Positions 1-9,921 of a stretch of DNA of 64,000 nucleotides are shown in pieces (within the stretch, counting starts at the first letter, position 1; the number at the start of each line of letters is the position of its first letter). Source of the stretch: Planctomycetota bacterium (GTDB lineage: Bacteria > Planctomycetota > UBA8108 > SXIK01); the NCBI GenBank assembly GCA_965223265.1, contig OZ244999.1:2848001-2912000 (forward strand), in the 5' to 3' direction. The notes beneath the pieces were generated by a model. The model was not told where the DNA came from. It made no database searches and worked only from the letters and a program-made list of their open reading frames with translations. Position numbers and translations under genes: made by a program.

Positions 1-41
1 CCGTAGCGGTGGGACTGGCTTCGCGAATTCTAGACGCCTAG
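1..41 (+). CDS. pilM: 3' end of type IV pilus assembly protein PilM (partial)
   Basis: Frame from nt 3 reads VAVGLASRILDA*, matching the typical PilM C-terminal 'AVAVGLAxR'; lies directly upstream of pilN. Confidence 0.6.
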   Translation, partial: VAVGLASRILDA

Positions 42-51
42 GAGACAGTTC

Positions 52-714
52 ATGATTCGCATCAATCTACTTCCACCGGAGCTGCAGCGCGCGGCGAAGA
101 CGCCGCCGAAGTTCTTTCTGTCTCTTGTGCTCTCAGTCGCGTTGGTCGCAGTGACGGCATGTGTGTACGTGTACATCTGCTTCAACGTGATCGTTCTGAA
201 CGAACGCGTAGAGCGTAAAAGGGCCGAGGTTGAACACGTTGAGAAAAACGCCCAAGAAGTGGATACGCTTCTCGACGAGATCGCGGACTACAAGTCTCGA
301 GAAAAAGCGATTATCTCAATCAAGACCAATCGCATCATTTGGTCCAAGAAGCTCGAGATGTTGTGCGACATTACTCCGCCGTTCATTTGGATTATCCGCT
401 TGGAGATGCGTGAGAGTGATGGCGCTCCCGCCAAAGGCGGCGGCGCTCAGCCCGGGGGGCTGCTCGCGCTTCACTGCTACTCGTCGGGAGACGAAGTTGA
501 CCGTATGACGAACTATCGCCAGCGGCTCAAGAATGTCGACGAGTTTTATCTCCGCTTTCTTGACGAGAGCGTCAAGCCTGGAAACTTCTATTCCGACTTC
601 AACAACATCACCCCACCGGAATGGAAGTTCGTCAAGTTGAGCGAATACCTCGAGCCGAACAACATTCGCTTCGCAGTGAAGCTCGATCTGCGTCCATTCA
701 TCACCAAAAAATAG
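52..714 (+). CDS. pilN: Type IV pilus assembly protein PilN-like
   Basis: N-terminal MIRINLLP motif (PilM-binding INLLP), one TM helix, coiled coil; GGAG RBS upstream. Confidence 0.85.
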   Translation: MIRINLLPPELQRAAKTPPKFFLSLVLSVALVAVTACVYVYICFNVIVLNERVERKRAEVEHVEKNAQEVDTLLDEIADYKSREKAIISIKTNRIIWSKKLEMLCDITPPFIWIIRLEMRESDGAPAKGGGAQPGGLLALHCYSSGDEVDRMTNYRQRLKNVDEFYLRFLDESVKPGNFYSDFNNITPPEWKFVKLSEYLEPNNIRFAVKLDLRPFITKK

Positions 715-731
715 ACTTCGAGGCCACTACG

Positions 732-1364
732 ATGAGACTCAACGACAAACAAAAGATGACTGTCGTTCTATTGGTCATGGGACTTGCTCTCATTGGTCTC
801 GGAACGCTTACGTTCTTCAAGTATCGCGAACGCAGTGAGCGACTCACGGAGATGGATGGCTACGTGAAGCGCGAGAAGGCCGCGAATCAGAAAATCCAGA
901 GGATTCCGGAGCTGCGCAAGGATCGCGATCGGCTCGCATCGACCATCAAGGAGTACGCTGACATCCTGCCGAAGGAGGCTCATGTCGAGCACGATGCCTT
1001 CGTCGACACGATCGACAACTACCGCCAAGACACGAACATCGTGATTAAACGTGCTGAGTACGTCAAGCCCACGGCGGCGCGCGGTAAGAAGAACGCCGCC
1101 CCTACAAGTCCGACAAAGTTCATTCGCCACAAGTACAAGTTCGAACTCGTCGGCACGATTCAGGATTTCATCTCCTTCATCAACAAGATTGAGAATCACA
1201 CTCGGTTCCTGAAGGTCGATGCGTTCAACATTCGCCCGCTCGGAGCTCCGGCCACTGCGCCTCGATTTGATGGCGTCTCGTCGGATCGTGAGCTGGCGAA
1301 CGCAGACAACCCAATCAAGGAAATCGACCTTACGATCAGCACGTACACGTACAAGCAACTGTAA
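732..1364 (+). CDS. pilO: Type IV pilus assembly protein PilO-like
   Basis: N-terminal TM, coiled coil, 'ILPKE', C-terminal 'GTIQDFISFINKIENHTRFLKV' PilO/GspM-like fold; start moved to ATG 732 after the pilN stop. Confidence 0.8.
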   Translation: MRLNDKQKMTVVLLVMGLALIGLGTLTFFKYRERSERLTEMDGYVKREKAANQKIQRIPELRKDRDRLASTIKEYADILPKEAHVEHDAFVDTIDNYRQDTNIVIKRAEYVKPTAARGKKNAAPTSPTKFIRHKYKFELVGTIQDFISFINKIENHTRFLKVDAFNIRPLGAPATAPRFDGVSSDRELANADNPIKEIDLTISTYTYKQL

Positions 1365-1375
1365 AGAGAGATACA

Positions 1376-2923
1376 ATGAAGACTCCAGTCGTTTGTTTGC
1401 TTGCCGTGCTTGTGGGCTCGTTCCACGGCGTCGGTGTATTCTGCCAAGAACCGACGGAGGCTCCTGCGCCAGCGGACGAGGAGGCGTTTGGACTTGAGTC
1501 GGAACTACCCGCCGAGGACGTCCCTGGTGACGAAGCGGCGCCGGATGAAGACGATCCGGAGGAGTTCTCCCCGGCGGACGAAGACGTCGCCAGTGAATCG
1601 AGTGAACCTTTCGTCGTGCCATCTGCAGTTGGCGATGAAACGCTGGATGCCGGCGACAACGAAGCGAGCGCCGCTGATGGCAGCAGTGGGAAAAAGGGAC
1701 TCGTTGGACGTTTGCGGGGCCTCATGGGCATTTTGGGACCGTCGGACGAAGACGCTGAATCCGCAGATGACCCGAGTGAGACGCACGACGAGCAGGACCG
1801 GCGGATCAACGAGCTGCGTCGCAAGGCGACGACGAGTATCCAAAAGAAACGTACCGATGTGGCGATCAGCGCGCTGAACGAGCTGATCAGCTTGAAGCCG
1901 TACGATCCGGACTATCACTTGGCGCTCGGGTTCTGCTACCGCGCCAAAGGGAGCTTCCGCGAGGCCCTCCGAAAGTACGACGACGTTCTCGATCTCGGTG
2001 GCGATAAGGCGTTCGTTGCCCTCATGCGGGCGGAAGCCTTCGCCGTGCAGGGAAGCCGTGCCAAAGTATTCGACACGCTCAAAGAGGCTGCGGTCGCCGG
2101 GCGTAATATTATTAACGACATGCGGCTTCTCAAGCCGCTGAACAAGTATCAGACGGATACGGACTTCATCAAGCTGGCTCTGTCGCTGGAGCGCGTGCAG
2201 GTTGACGTCTCGAAGATTCGTGACCCGTTCACCAACCCGTTTCCGACGAAGGGTGCGGATCCAGGACCGGGTAACGCTGACGTTCCTGTCATCCTCGAGC
2301 CAGAGCAGCAGGAGGAGCTTCTTGAGAGTGCCAAGAAACTCTTCGAGCGCGTGAAGTTCTACATCAAGCTCGAGGACGACACCAAAGCGATGGAGTCCTA
2401 CATCCAGCTGAAGGAGACGCTGGAGCGAGAGCACCTCTTGACGATTCCGAAGATTGTCAGCGAGTTCAAGGTGATCCGCGGCAAGATCCCGAGCGTCGAG
2501 ATCGAGATCGAAGGCATCCGACTCAAGTATTACTACCGCCAGGCGAAGGAAAAACTTGACCAAATGAAGGAGGTCTTCGAGGACGGCGGTTACGACCGTG
2601 TCGCTCGCATCCACGGCGAGGTGCTTCGCCTCACCGAGGAGATGACCGCAACGAACGAAAACTACCAGCCGGTGGCTCAACGGATTCTCGACGCGTCGAA
2701 AGGATGGTTCACGCGTGCCAACATCCGAAAAGAGTTCGAGACAGTGCGCCCGAAGATCGAAGGCATCATCATGTCCGACGACGGTCGCATGGCTGTGCTC
2801 AACGGCACGGTGGTCGCACAGGGCGAGTTCTTGGATGATCTGCGCGTTGAGATGATCGAGAGCAACAAAGTGACTTTTCACTACAAAGGGGAGCAGATCC
2901 CGGTCGTCTTCCGCCGATACTGA
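1376..2923 (+). CDS. Exported TPR protein with PilP/GspB-like C-terminal domain
   Basis: Signal peptide, acidic disordered linker, TPRs, 'RDPF' motif typical of PilP, C-terminal 'IEGII...AVLNG.VV..GE.L..LRV..I' beta domain; sits in the pilP position between pilO and pilQ. Confidence 0.65.
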   Translation: MKTPVVCLLAVLVGSFHGVGVFCQEPTEAPAPADEEAFGLESELPAEDVPGDEAAPDEDDPEEFSPADEDVASESSEPFVVPSAVGDETLDAGDNEASAADGSSGKKGLVGRLRGLMGILGPSDEDAESADDPSETHDEQDRRINELRRKATTSIQKKRTDVAISALNELISLKPYDPDYHLALGFCYRAKGSFREALRKYDDVLDLGGDKAFVALMRAEAFAVQGSRAKVFDTLKEAAVAGRNIINDMRLLKPLNKYQTDTDFIKLALSLERVQVDVSKIRDPFTNPFPTKGADPGPGNADVPVILEPEQQEELLESAKKLFERVKFYIKLEDDTKAMESYIQLKETLEREHLLTIPKIVSEFKVIRGKIPSVEIEIEGIRLKYYYRQAKEKLDQMKEVFEDGGYDRVARIHGEVLRLTEEMTATNENYQPVAQRILDASKGWFTRANIRKEFETVRPKIEGIIMSDDGRMAVLNGTVVAQGEFLDDLRVEMIESNKVTFHYKGEQIPVVFRRY

Positions 2924-3122
2924 CCAAGGAGATTAAGAGTAGGCTCGACGGGAGCGGCGCGGGAGCTCAGACGGGAGGCGATTCGCGGGGATCGCTGACC
3001 AAGATTGTTAGTTAAATGTTAGGAGCGTGGGTTAGGGCGTCGGACGCCCAACCCAACGACAAGGAATCGTGGAACACACAGGGTGGTCCGCCGCGCGCGG
3101 AGTTTACACCGTTGGAGGTCAC

Positions 3123-5021
3123 ATGGGTTGGAAAGAGCGGCGGCATGATTGGCGCTTGCATTGTGTAGTGGCATGTCTCGTCTTTGGTGCCTCGTTTCTC
3201 CAAGCGCAGGACGCGACCGGCGCGGACGAAGGAGACACAACGGCAGCGATTGACGACTACTTCGGTCCGGGTGACGCTGAGACCGTCGGTAGTAGCGAGT
3301 TCATCACGCTCGACGTCCGCGACAAGGATCTGCGTGAGATCCTTAGCTTCATCAGCCGGCGCGTCGGCGTGAACATCATCGCGGATCCTGAGGTCTCTGA
3401 GACCGTGACGGTCCAGCTCGACTCGATCGACTGGCGCGAGGCTCTTGGTGTGATTGCCAATCAGGCTCGCTGCGAGATTGTCGACGTCAGCGACCGTCTG
3501 ATTCGTTTTGCTCAGCCGCCTTCGATCAGCATGGAGTTTCAGGATGCAGACATCAAAGTCGTGCTGGAGCTGCTTGCCAAGCAGGCAGGTGCCAACATCA
3601 TGCTGGCGTCCGACATTCAGGGACAGATTAGTTTGAGCCTTCGCGAAGTGTTCTGGCGCGAAGCGCTGGATGCTATCGTCAAGACCGCCGGCTACGTGAT
3701 TGTCACGGAAGAGACCAAGTCGGCCAAGGAGATCCTGCGCGTCGTGCGGCCGGAGACGCTCAAGCGGCAGCTGGAAACGCGTAGCTTTCAGCTGCGCTAC
3801 GTTCGACCGGACGATCCGTACACCGCGATCATTGCAGACGTAGAAAAGTATGCCAATTCACCCTTCGCGGGCCAGGCTGGTTCCAACGCTTTCGCGAATT
3901 CCGGAGGGGCGGCGAGCCAAGCGAGCTTCAGCCTCGAAGGGGCTCTGCGAGAAGTGGTTTCCGAGGAAGGCTCACTCAACTTCGATTTCAACACCAACAC
4001 GATCATCGTCAAGGACGTGAAGCCGAAGCTCGACGAGATCGCCCACATCATCGAGCTCGTCGACGTCCCACCGCCACAGATCTACGTTGAGGTGAAGTTC
4101 ATTTCGACGAAGAATGCCGACCTCCTCGAGCGCGGTGTGAAGTTCGACCTTCCGAACACGCCGGAGCGCGACGGTTTCCAGGTCATCGCCCGTGGCGCTG
4201 ATCCAGACCCGCTTGCCTTCGATCCTCTCTTCCGCTTCGGCGGCACGTTCCCGTTCGATATCGGCCAGATCGATGACATCCCGGATGACTTCGAAGCCCT
4301 CGGCATTCTCGACTTCACCGAGACGAGACTTCTTCTTCGCCTTCTCAAGGACGACGAGAACAGCCGCATCGTTCAGGAACCGACCTTGACGATGGTCGAT
4401 AACAAGCCTGGCACCATCTTCGTCGGCGAGACGATCCCGTTTGCTGTGCAGCGCGTCAACGTCGACCAGAACGGTAATGCGACGGTGACGATTGACGAGA
4501 ACAAGCGCTCGCCGATCAACGTCGGGTTCACGCTCTATATGATCCCTCACGTCGTTGCGGGCACCGACTCCATCGCCATGACCGTGATTCCACGTGTCTC
4601 GACACTCGTCGGTACGACGTCGACGATTCAGGGTTTCGATCGCTTCGAGTTCAGTCAGGAAGCGACTGGCGCGCAAACTTTCATCGACTTGCCGCGCGAG
4701 TCGTCGCAGACGGTCGTGACGTCTCTGCGCGTCACGGACGGTCACACCGCTGTGCTCGGCGGTCTGCAGACGGAGAGACGCGAAGAGATCCAGACGAAAG
4801 TGCCGATCCTCTCGAGCATTCCGATCCTTGGAAATCTCTTCACTTGGAGGCGCAAAGCGAATGACGTGGAGTCGCTGATCATCATGATCACGCCACACAT
4901 TCTCAAGAGCGTCGAGCAGGACGACAAGCGTTTCGAGCGCGCCATGGAGAAGCACAAAGAGCGTGACTTCTTCTGGAAGAAGTACGAAGACGACACGCCG
5001 GTGAAACGGGACGAAGAGTAA
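3123..5021 (+). CDS. pilQ: Secretin PilQ/GspD family
   Basis: Two STN/N0-like domains (ITLDVRDKDLREIL; ISMEFQDADIKVVL), N3 domain, secretin signature 'KVPILSSIPILGNLF...LIIMITPHIL'; GGAGG RBS before ATG 3123. Confidence 0.9.
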   Translation: MGWKERRHDWRLHCVVACLVFGASFLQAQDATGADEGDTTAAIDDYFGPGDAETVGSSEFITLDVRDKDLREILSFISRRVGVNIIADPEVSETVTVQLDSIDWREALGVIANQARCEIVDVSDRLIRFAQPPSISMEFQDADIKVVLELLAKQAGANIMLASDIQGQISLSLREVFWREALDAIVKTAGYVIVTEETKSAKEILRVVRPETLKRQLETRSFQLRYVRPDDPYTAIIADVEKYANSPFAGQAGSNAFANSGGAASQASFSLEGALREVVSEEGSLNFDFNTNTIIVKDVKPKLDEIAHIIELVDVPPPQIYVEVKFISTKNADLLERGVKFDLPNTPERDGFQVIARGADPDPLAFDPLFRFGGTFPFDIGQIDDIPDDFEALGILDFTETRLLLRLLKDDENSRIVQEPTLTMVDNKPGTIFVGETIPFAVQRVNVDQNGNATVTIDENKRSPINVGFTLYMIPHVVAGTDSIAMTVIPRVSTLVGTTSTIQGFDRFEFSQEATGAQTFIDLPRESSQTVVTSLRVTDGHTAVLGGLQTERREEIQTKVPILSSIPILGNLFTWRRKANDVESLIIMITPHILKSVEQDDKRFERAMEKHKERDFFWKKYEDDTPVKRDEE

Positions 5022-5101
5022 GCTCTTCGGATCTCGGTCGCCGCGGTGCGATCCGGGCGAGAAAATGAGTCGCTCGGATCGCTGAAGTCAGGTAAAATCT
5101 G

Positions 5102-5132
5102 CGAGCGGGAGTCTCTCCCGCTCGATTTTTTT
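5102..5132 (+). terminator. Rho-independent terminator after the pil operon
   Basis: Perfect 10-bp stem CGAGCGGGAG-tct-CTCCCGCTCG followed by ATTTTTTT. Confidence 0.8.
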
Positions 5133-5798
5133 CCGGCGCGGCAGCAAGAGCCCCGCGCGGGAGTGGGCAGGGCAGCGTTCGCGGCTGGTTCGGAAACCGG
5201 GCCGCGGCGTGATCAAAGTCAGTAGAGAACAAGGTTTACGCCCGGACAGTTGGTCCAGGTCTGCACGTCGACCGAAGTGTGCTCACCGCGCCCACTGCGC
5301 AGTGAAACGTTTGAGCGGCGCTGCAAGCAGCGGCACGGCGTCCGGGGCGAGTAGAAGAATCGGTTCGAAGGAAACAAAAGGAGAGTCGCGAAGTTTTCGC
5401 GCGTTCCGGCCATCGCAATAGGGATGCATCTCAGGAGAGTGCCAACGGGGAGATTGCTCATTCAGTAGAGACTGCTCAGGAAGTTGTGCGAATCGGCAGA
5501 GAGCGAGGCGGCGCTGGTGAGCCCTCTAAGCAACGGCGCGCTCGCGGCAGATCAGCGAGCGCCGCGAAGAGCCAGGCCAGCACGCGAAACAGCACATGCA
5601 ATAGCACATGCAATAGCAGAGCGCTGCGCGCCACAGCTGAAGCACAACACATAGTTAGCACCATCTCGGCACCATAATCAGCACCGCCGTCCAGCCAGCC
5701 GTACAGCGATCTGCCCGCAGTTGCAGGGTGCGGAATGCGGCACGACACAGCGACCGCTTGGTTTTGACCTGTGGCCGAGCTGCGAACCGCTGGTTACG

Positions 5799-5880
5799 GA
5801 GGCCGGTCCGTCGCACTGGGCCGCGAAAGTGCCCAATTGCGTCCGACGGCGGTGCCTCTGAGTTGCAGTCAGATTTTTTT
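5799..5880 (+). promoter_or_regulatory. Candidate structured 5' leader element upstream of rne
   Basis: Nested pairings GAGGC/GCCTC, CCGTCG/CGACGG and TGGGC/GCCCA closing on a GAAA tetraloop, then a short TCTGA/TCAGA stem and T7. Confidence 0.35.
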
Positions 5881-6120
5881 GAGCCTCTCTTCGCGCCACC
5901 GCGACGCACGCGCGGTGCCTGCTCACACGCTTGAGTTGTGGACCGCCGAATGACGTTGGCCGCGCGGTGATCGTCCGCCTTTGGCAGTCGTTTGAAGGGC
6001 GCTTTGGCCTCCCCGGGCGAGTAGCGTTCGGATGTCGACAGCAACCGGCGGCGGATCGTCGGCAGCACAGTCCTTGTCGAGGTGCCGGGACGCTTGAATT
6101 CAAGAGCGGCTTGAAAGCCT

Positions 6121-9030
6121 TTGGTGAAAAACGGTTTCGAGATTGAAGGCGTTCGGGGCAAAACCAATCCAGAGAGCTCAAAGGCGGAAGGCGATTCCGG
6201 AGAGAAGCGACCGCGCGCTAAACGGCGCCGTTCGACGGCCGCTTCACGCTCTGGGACACCCCGCGGACGCGCCACGAGTCGCTCGGCGAGCGAGAACGAC
6301 GCTGCGCTCGAAGTTGATGACGGAGCCAAGGCCGCAGGTGTCGTCGCCGATACGCGTCCACGAAGTGGGGCGAAGCGGCCACGGCGTCGCACCGCGCCGC
6401 GCAAGAGTGCCTCTGGAAAGAGGGCGACGAAAGAGCCGTCTGGCGATGGGCCGGAGAAGCCTGAGGTGGCAGCCACTCGTGAGCGTGCCACTCGTGAGCG
6501 TGAAGCTCCTCCGTCTGCACAGAGGGAGCGCGCTGTCGACGCAGGGGACGCAAGATCTGGAGCGCCTGATTCTGCGGATGCAGTCAAGGGCTCACCCGCG
6601 GCTGCCGCGTCGACCCTAGAGGCGGCTCCGCAGTCAGCGGTAGATTCAGCGTCAACGTCAACCGCAGGGCCTAATGACGCATTCGGTGCCGGGCTTCTGA
6701 GCGACCGCGAGCCCCCGAAGCGGGGAGGCTCTCGCCGCCGGGGTGCTCGAGCGTCAGCCGCCGGCGCGACTGCGCCGGCGCCGCGGAAGCGTTCGAGTGG
6801 TCGTGCCTCCCGCGAGTTAACGCGCGACTCTGCCGCCGACGCCTCGGAGAAGCTTCCTGCAGAGCAGGGGCAAGACGACGACGGCGCGAGTGCGCCGATC
6901 GATTCGGAAGCGGGCGATGACTCGCGCACCCCGGTGCGACGTCGGCGCGCAGCTGTTTCGTCGCGCGGCGTGGGCCGCGCCGTCGCGGGGAGAAAACGTG
7001 CCGCCTCTGCCGCACGCAAGACCGCAGACGAGGACCTCGACGACACCGATGCAGGTGATCGCGCCGCGCGCGACACCGGTTCGTCGGAGGATCCCGCTGC
7101 CTCTGCGCCGCCAACGGCGGCGCCGGACGAAGTCACCGCGGCGGAGGAGAGAGGACAAGATGCCGAGTCGACGAGTGGCCCCTCACAAGAGGCAGAGTTC
7201 GTTGACGAGCCCCCAGGACGCGAGCGGCGGCGTTCAAGCCGCGGTCGCCGGCGGGCAAGTTCGCGTTCGCGGGGTGGATCCCGCAGCCCACGCGGTGACG
7301 CGGCGCCACGCCCGAGGCCAGCACCTGCCGATGAGCGGCGCGACTCACCTGCGTCTGTCGCTGCGCCCGAGTCGCGTAGCGGACGCAGCGGCGTCGAGGA
7401 GGTCACGCTCCCGACCTGGGTCGAGCCGTCACATGATCCACCGGCCACCTCGGCGAAGGGGCGAGATCTCATGCTTGCCGGCCGGCCCATCGTCGATGAG
7501 AGCGTCCAGGAGCAGGGCGGTCGGGCGAAGTCACTGCCCAAGCGCATCCTCGTCAACGCCGTCGACCCCGAGGAAGTTCGCATCGCCGTCATTGAGGCTG
7601 GGCGGCTGAACGAGCTGTACTACGACCGCCCGCACGAGAAGAAATACCTCGGCAACATCTACAAGGGACGCATCGTCAACCTCGAGCCTGCCATTCAAGC
7701 GGCGTTTGTCGAGATCGGCATCGGACGCAACGGTTTCCTTCACGTCTCGGACGTTTTACCGGCTTATAAGGACGCCAGCGCAATCCCTATCGATGGGCTC
7801 TCGCAGCGAATTGCAGACCGTCGCCGCCTGAAGATTCAGGACATCTTGCGCGAAGGGCAGGAAGTGCTCGTGCAGATATCAAAGGACGCGATCGGTGCCA
7901 AGGGGCCGAGTCTAACGACCTACGTCAGCGTGCCAGGCAAGTATTTGGTGCTCATGCCCGGCGTCAATCGTTTCGGAGTCTCGAAGAAGATTCATTCCGA
8001 CGAGGTCCGCCACCGCCTCCGCAAAGCTCTCTCTAAGTTGAATCCTCCCAGTGGGTTGGGGTACATCGTCCGGACGGCATGCTACGACGGCACGCAGTTG
8101 GAGTTTGAGAAGGACTTTGACTACCTGATGAAGGTGTGGGGCGATCTCACCTCGAAGGTGCAGGGCTCCGACGCGCCGTGTCTGGTCTACGCCGAGAGCG
8201 ATTTGGTGACGCGCACCATGCGCGACTTGGTGGGCGCTGACGTTGGCGAGGTCCTGATCGACGACCGCGCCGTGCACCGGAGCGCGCGGGCGTTTTGCGC
8301 TGAGATCGACCCGGAGACCGAGAAGAGGGTCAAGCACTATTCGGCCGCCTCGCCTATCTTCACGCGCTTCGGTGTTGAAGAGGAGATCGAGAAAATCTAC
8401 AATCGCAAGGTTCCGCTTCCGAGCGGCGGCCACATCGTGGTCGAGCAGACCGAGGCGTTGGTGGCGATCGACGTCAATTCGGGGAAGTACCGAGATGAGG
8501 ACGACCTCGAGGCGACAGCGCTCAAGACCAATCTCGAAGCGGCTGAAGAGATTGCTCGTCAGCTGCGTCTGCGCGACCTTGGTGGGGTGATCATCAACGA
8601 CTTCATCGACATGGAACGGGAGTCGAACCGCCGCGAAGTGGAGCGTGCCTTTCGAGCTGCGCTGCGCAGCGAACGTGCGAAATGTTGGATCTCGCGCATC
8701 TCGCGCTTCGGGATCATCGAGATGACCCGGCAGCGTGTGCGGCCGAGCTTCGAGAGAGCGCACTACGAGCCGTGCGAGTGCTGCCGAGGCACCGGAGTGA
8801 TCATTTCACCAAGGAGTACAGGAACCGCCATTTTGCGACAGGTTCGAGCTGGTTTGGCACTGCGGCGCAAACGCACTTGCGAAGTCATCGCCGCGGCCGA
8901 GATCGTCGATCACCTGCTCAACGAGCGGCGGCGCTACCTGGTCGAGTTAGAGTCTCAATTTAGAAAGAATATCGTCGTCAGAGCGGATCCGACGTTCGTC
9001 TCTGATCAGTACGTGATACGGTACCAGTGA
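6121..9030 (+). CDS. rne: Ribonuclease E/G (Rne/Rng family) with ~470-aa disordered N-terminal extension
   Basis: Catalytic domain from ~7534: 'GNIYKGRIVNLEPAIQAAFVEIG' S1 domain, 'AIDVNSG', 'DFIDM', Zn-link CECC; upstream of rplU-rpmA. Exact start uncertain. Confidence 0.92.
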   Translation: MVKNGFEIEGVRGKTNPESSKAEGDSGEKRPRAKRRRSTAASRSGTPRGRATSRSASENDAALEVDDGAKAAGVVADTRPRSGAKRPRRRTAPRKSASGKRATKEPSGDGPEKPEVAATRERATREREAPPSAQRERAVDAGDARSGAPDSADAVKGSPAAAASTLEAAPQSAVDSASTSTAGPNDAFGAGLLSDREPPKRGGSRRRGARASAAGATAPAPRKRSSGRASRELTRDSAADASEKLPAEQGQDDDGASAPIDSEAGDDSRTPVRRRRAAVSSRGVGRAVAGRKRAASAARKTADEDLDDTDAGDRAARDTGSSEDPAASAPPTAAPDEVTAAEERGQDAESTSGPSQEAEFVDEPPGRERRRSSRGRRRASSRSRGGSRSPRGDAAPRPRPAPADERRDSPASVAAPESRSGRSGVEEVTLPTWVEPSHDPPATSAKGRDLMLAGRPIVDESVQEQGGRAKSLPKRILVNAVDPEEVRIAVIEAGRLNELYYDRPHEKKYLGNIYKGRIVNLEPAIQAAFVEIGIGRNGFLHVSDVLPAYKDASAIPIDGLSQRIADRRRLKIQDILREGQEVLVQISKDAIGAKGPSLTTYVSVPGKYLVLMPGVNRFGVSKKIHSDEVRHRLRKALSKLNPPSGLGYIVRTACYDGTQLEFEKDFDYLMKVWGDLTSKVQGSDAPCLVYAESDLVTRTMRDLVGADVGEVLIDDRAVHRSARAFCAEIDPETEKRVKHYSAASPIFTRFGVEEEIEKIYNRKVPLPSGGHIVVEQTEALVAIDVNSGKYRDEDDLEATALKTNLEAAEEIARQLRLRDLGGVIINDFIDMERESNRREVERAFRAALRSERAKCWISRISRFGIIEMTRQRVRPSFERAHYEPCECCRGTGVIISPRSTGTAILRQVRAGLALRRKRTCEVIAAAEIVDHLLNERRRYLVELESQFRKNIVVRADPTFVSDQYVIRYQ

Positions 9031-9163
9031 GCGGTCGGTGGACCGCTCAACAGACTGCGCCGCCAAATGGGCTGATCTACAGCTCAGGCCGATCGGCAAC
9101 TGGAACTGATCTGCGCGGCGCTGGAAGAGAAGGTTTTTACAGAGATCCAGAGAGAGCGGAAGC

Positions 9164-9481
9164 ATGGAAGCAATCATTCAGAGCGATGGCCGGCAGTATA
9201 AGGTCGTCGAGGGCGCTACAGTTGACGTCGACTACCGGGAAGAGCTCAAAGAAGGATCGAGCCTCGAGTTTTCGGACGTCCTGTACGTCACGAAGGATGG
9301 CGACTCGACTGTCGGCACGCCAACCATCAGCGGCGCCAAAGTTGTCGGCACGGTCGTCGGACACGTGCGCGGACCGAAACTGGTGGTTATGAACTTTCGT
9401 CGTCGCAAAAACTCTCGCCGCCGCGTCGGCCATCGACAGTCGTACACGCGCGTCAAGATCGATCGCATCGAAGCGTCTTAG
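9164..9481 (+). CDS. rplU: 50S ribosomal protein L21
   Basis: 'AII..DGRQYKV.EG' and 'RRRKNSRRRVGHRQSYT'. Confidence 0.97.
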   Translation: MEAIIQSDGRQYKVVEGATVDVDYREELKEGSSLEFSDVLYVTKDGDSTVGTPTISGAKVVGTVVGHVRGPKLVVMNFRRRKNSRRRVGHRQSYTRVKIDRIEAS

Positions 9482-9571
9482 GGAACCGGGGCGGTGGCGA
9501 CTCGACGAAGAGGCTACACGCCTGAGAGCTGATCAGCAGAGACACGGAATCACTCAAGAGGAACAAGGTTC

Positions 9572-9820
9572 ATGGCACACAAGAAAGGCCAGGGGTCGTC
9601 GAGAAACGGCCGCGACAGCAATCCTCAGCATCGTGGCGTCAAGGTCTACGGTGGTGGACTTGTCAACGCTGGAACGATCATTGTCCGGCAATGTGGCACG
9701 AAGTTTCATCCCGGGATGAACGTTGGTGTTGGCAAAGACTACACGATCTTCTCTCTGATTCCTGGGCGCGTGAAATTTGAGAGCCGCCGCCGGATCAGCG
9801 TTTACCCTGTCGAGAACTGA
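9572..9820 (+). CDS. rpmA: 50S ribosomal protein L27
   Basis: '[16 protein letters not shown]'. Confidence 0.98.
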   Translation: MAHKKGQGSSRNGRDSNPQHRGVKVYGGGLVNAGTIIVRQCGTKFHPGMNVGVGKDYTIFSLIPGRVKFESRRRISVYPVEN

Positions 9821-9921
9821 CCTCTCGGGTTCTGCATTTGAGCGCGCCTTTGAGCTGACGCCGAGCGCTTCCGCCTGGATCTGGGTGCCGCGTTGAGCAC
9901 TCCGGCACGCGCACGCTGACG

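Noticed and set aside
5380-5495. Glycine-riboswitch-like fragments (GGAGAG, CTCAGG)
   Set aside because: The order, spacing and central CCGAAG core do not match; no related gene lies downstream.
5476-5748. Small hydrophobic reverse-strand ORF (LLLHVLLHVLFRVLAWLF)
   Set aside because: Hydrophobicity derives partly from a 12-bp duplication, and there is no clear RBS; not supportable without homologs.
5655-7592. 645-aa reverse-strand ORF, and similar long antisense ORFs (1505-2881, 30737-32071, 55284-56480, 56335-58038)
   Set aside because: These are shadows of well-supported genes on the opposite strand in high-GC DNA, with no motifs of their own.
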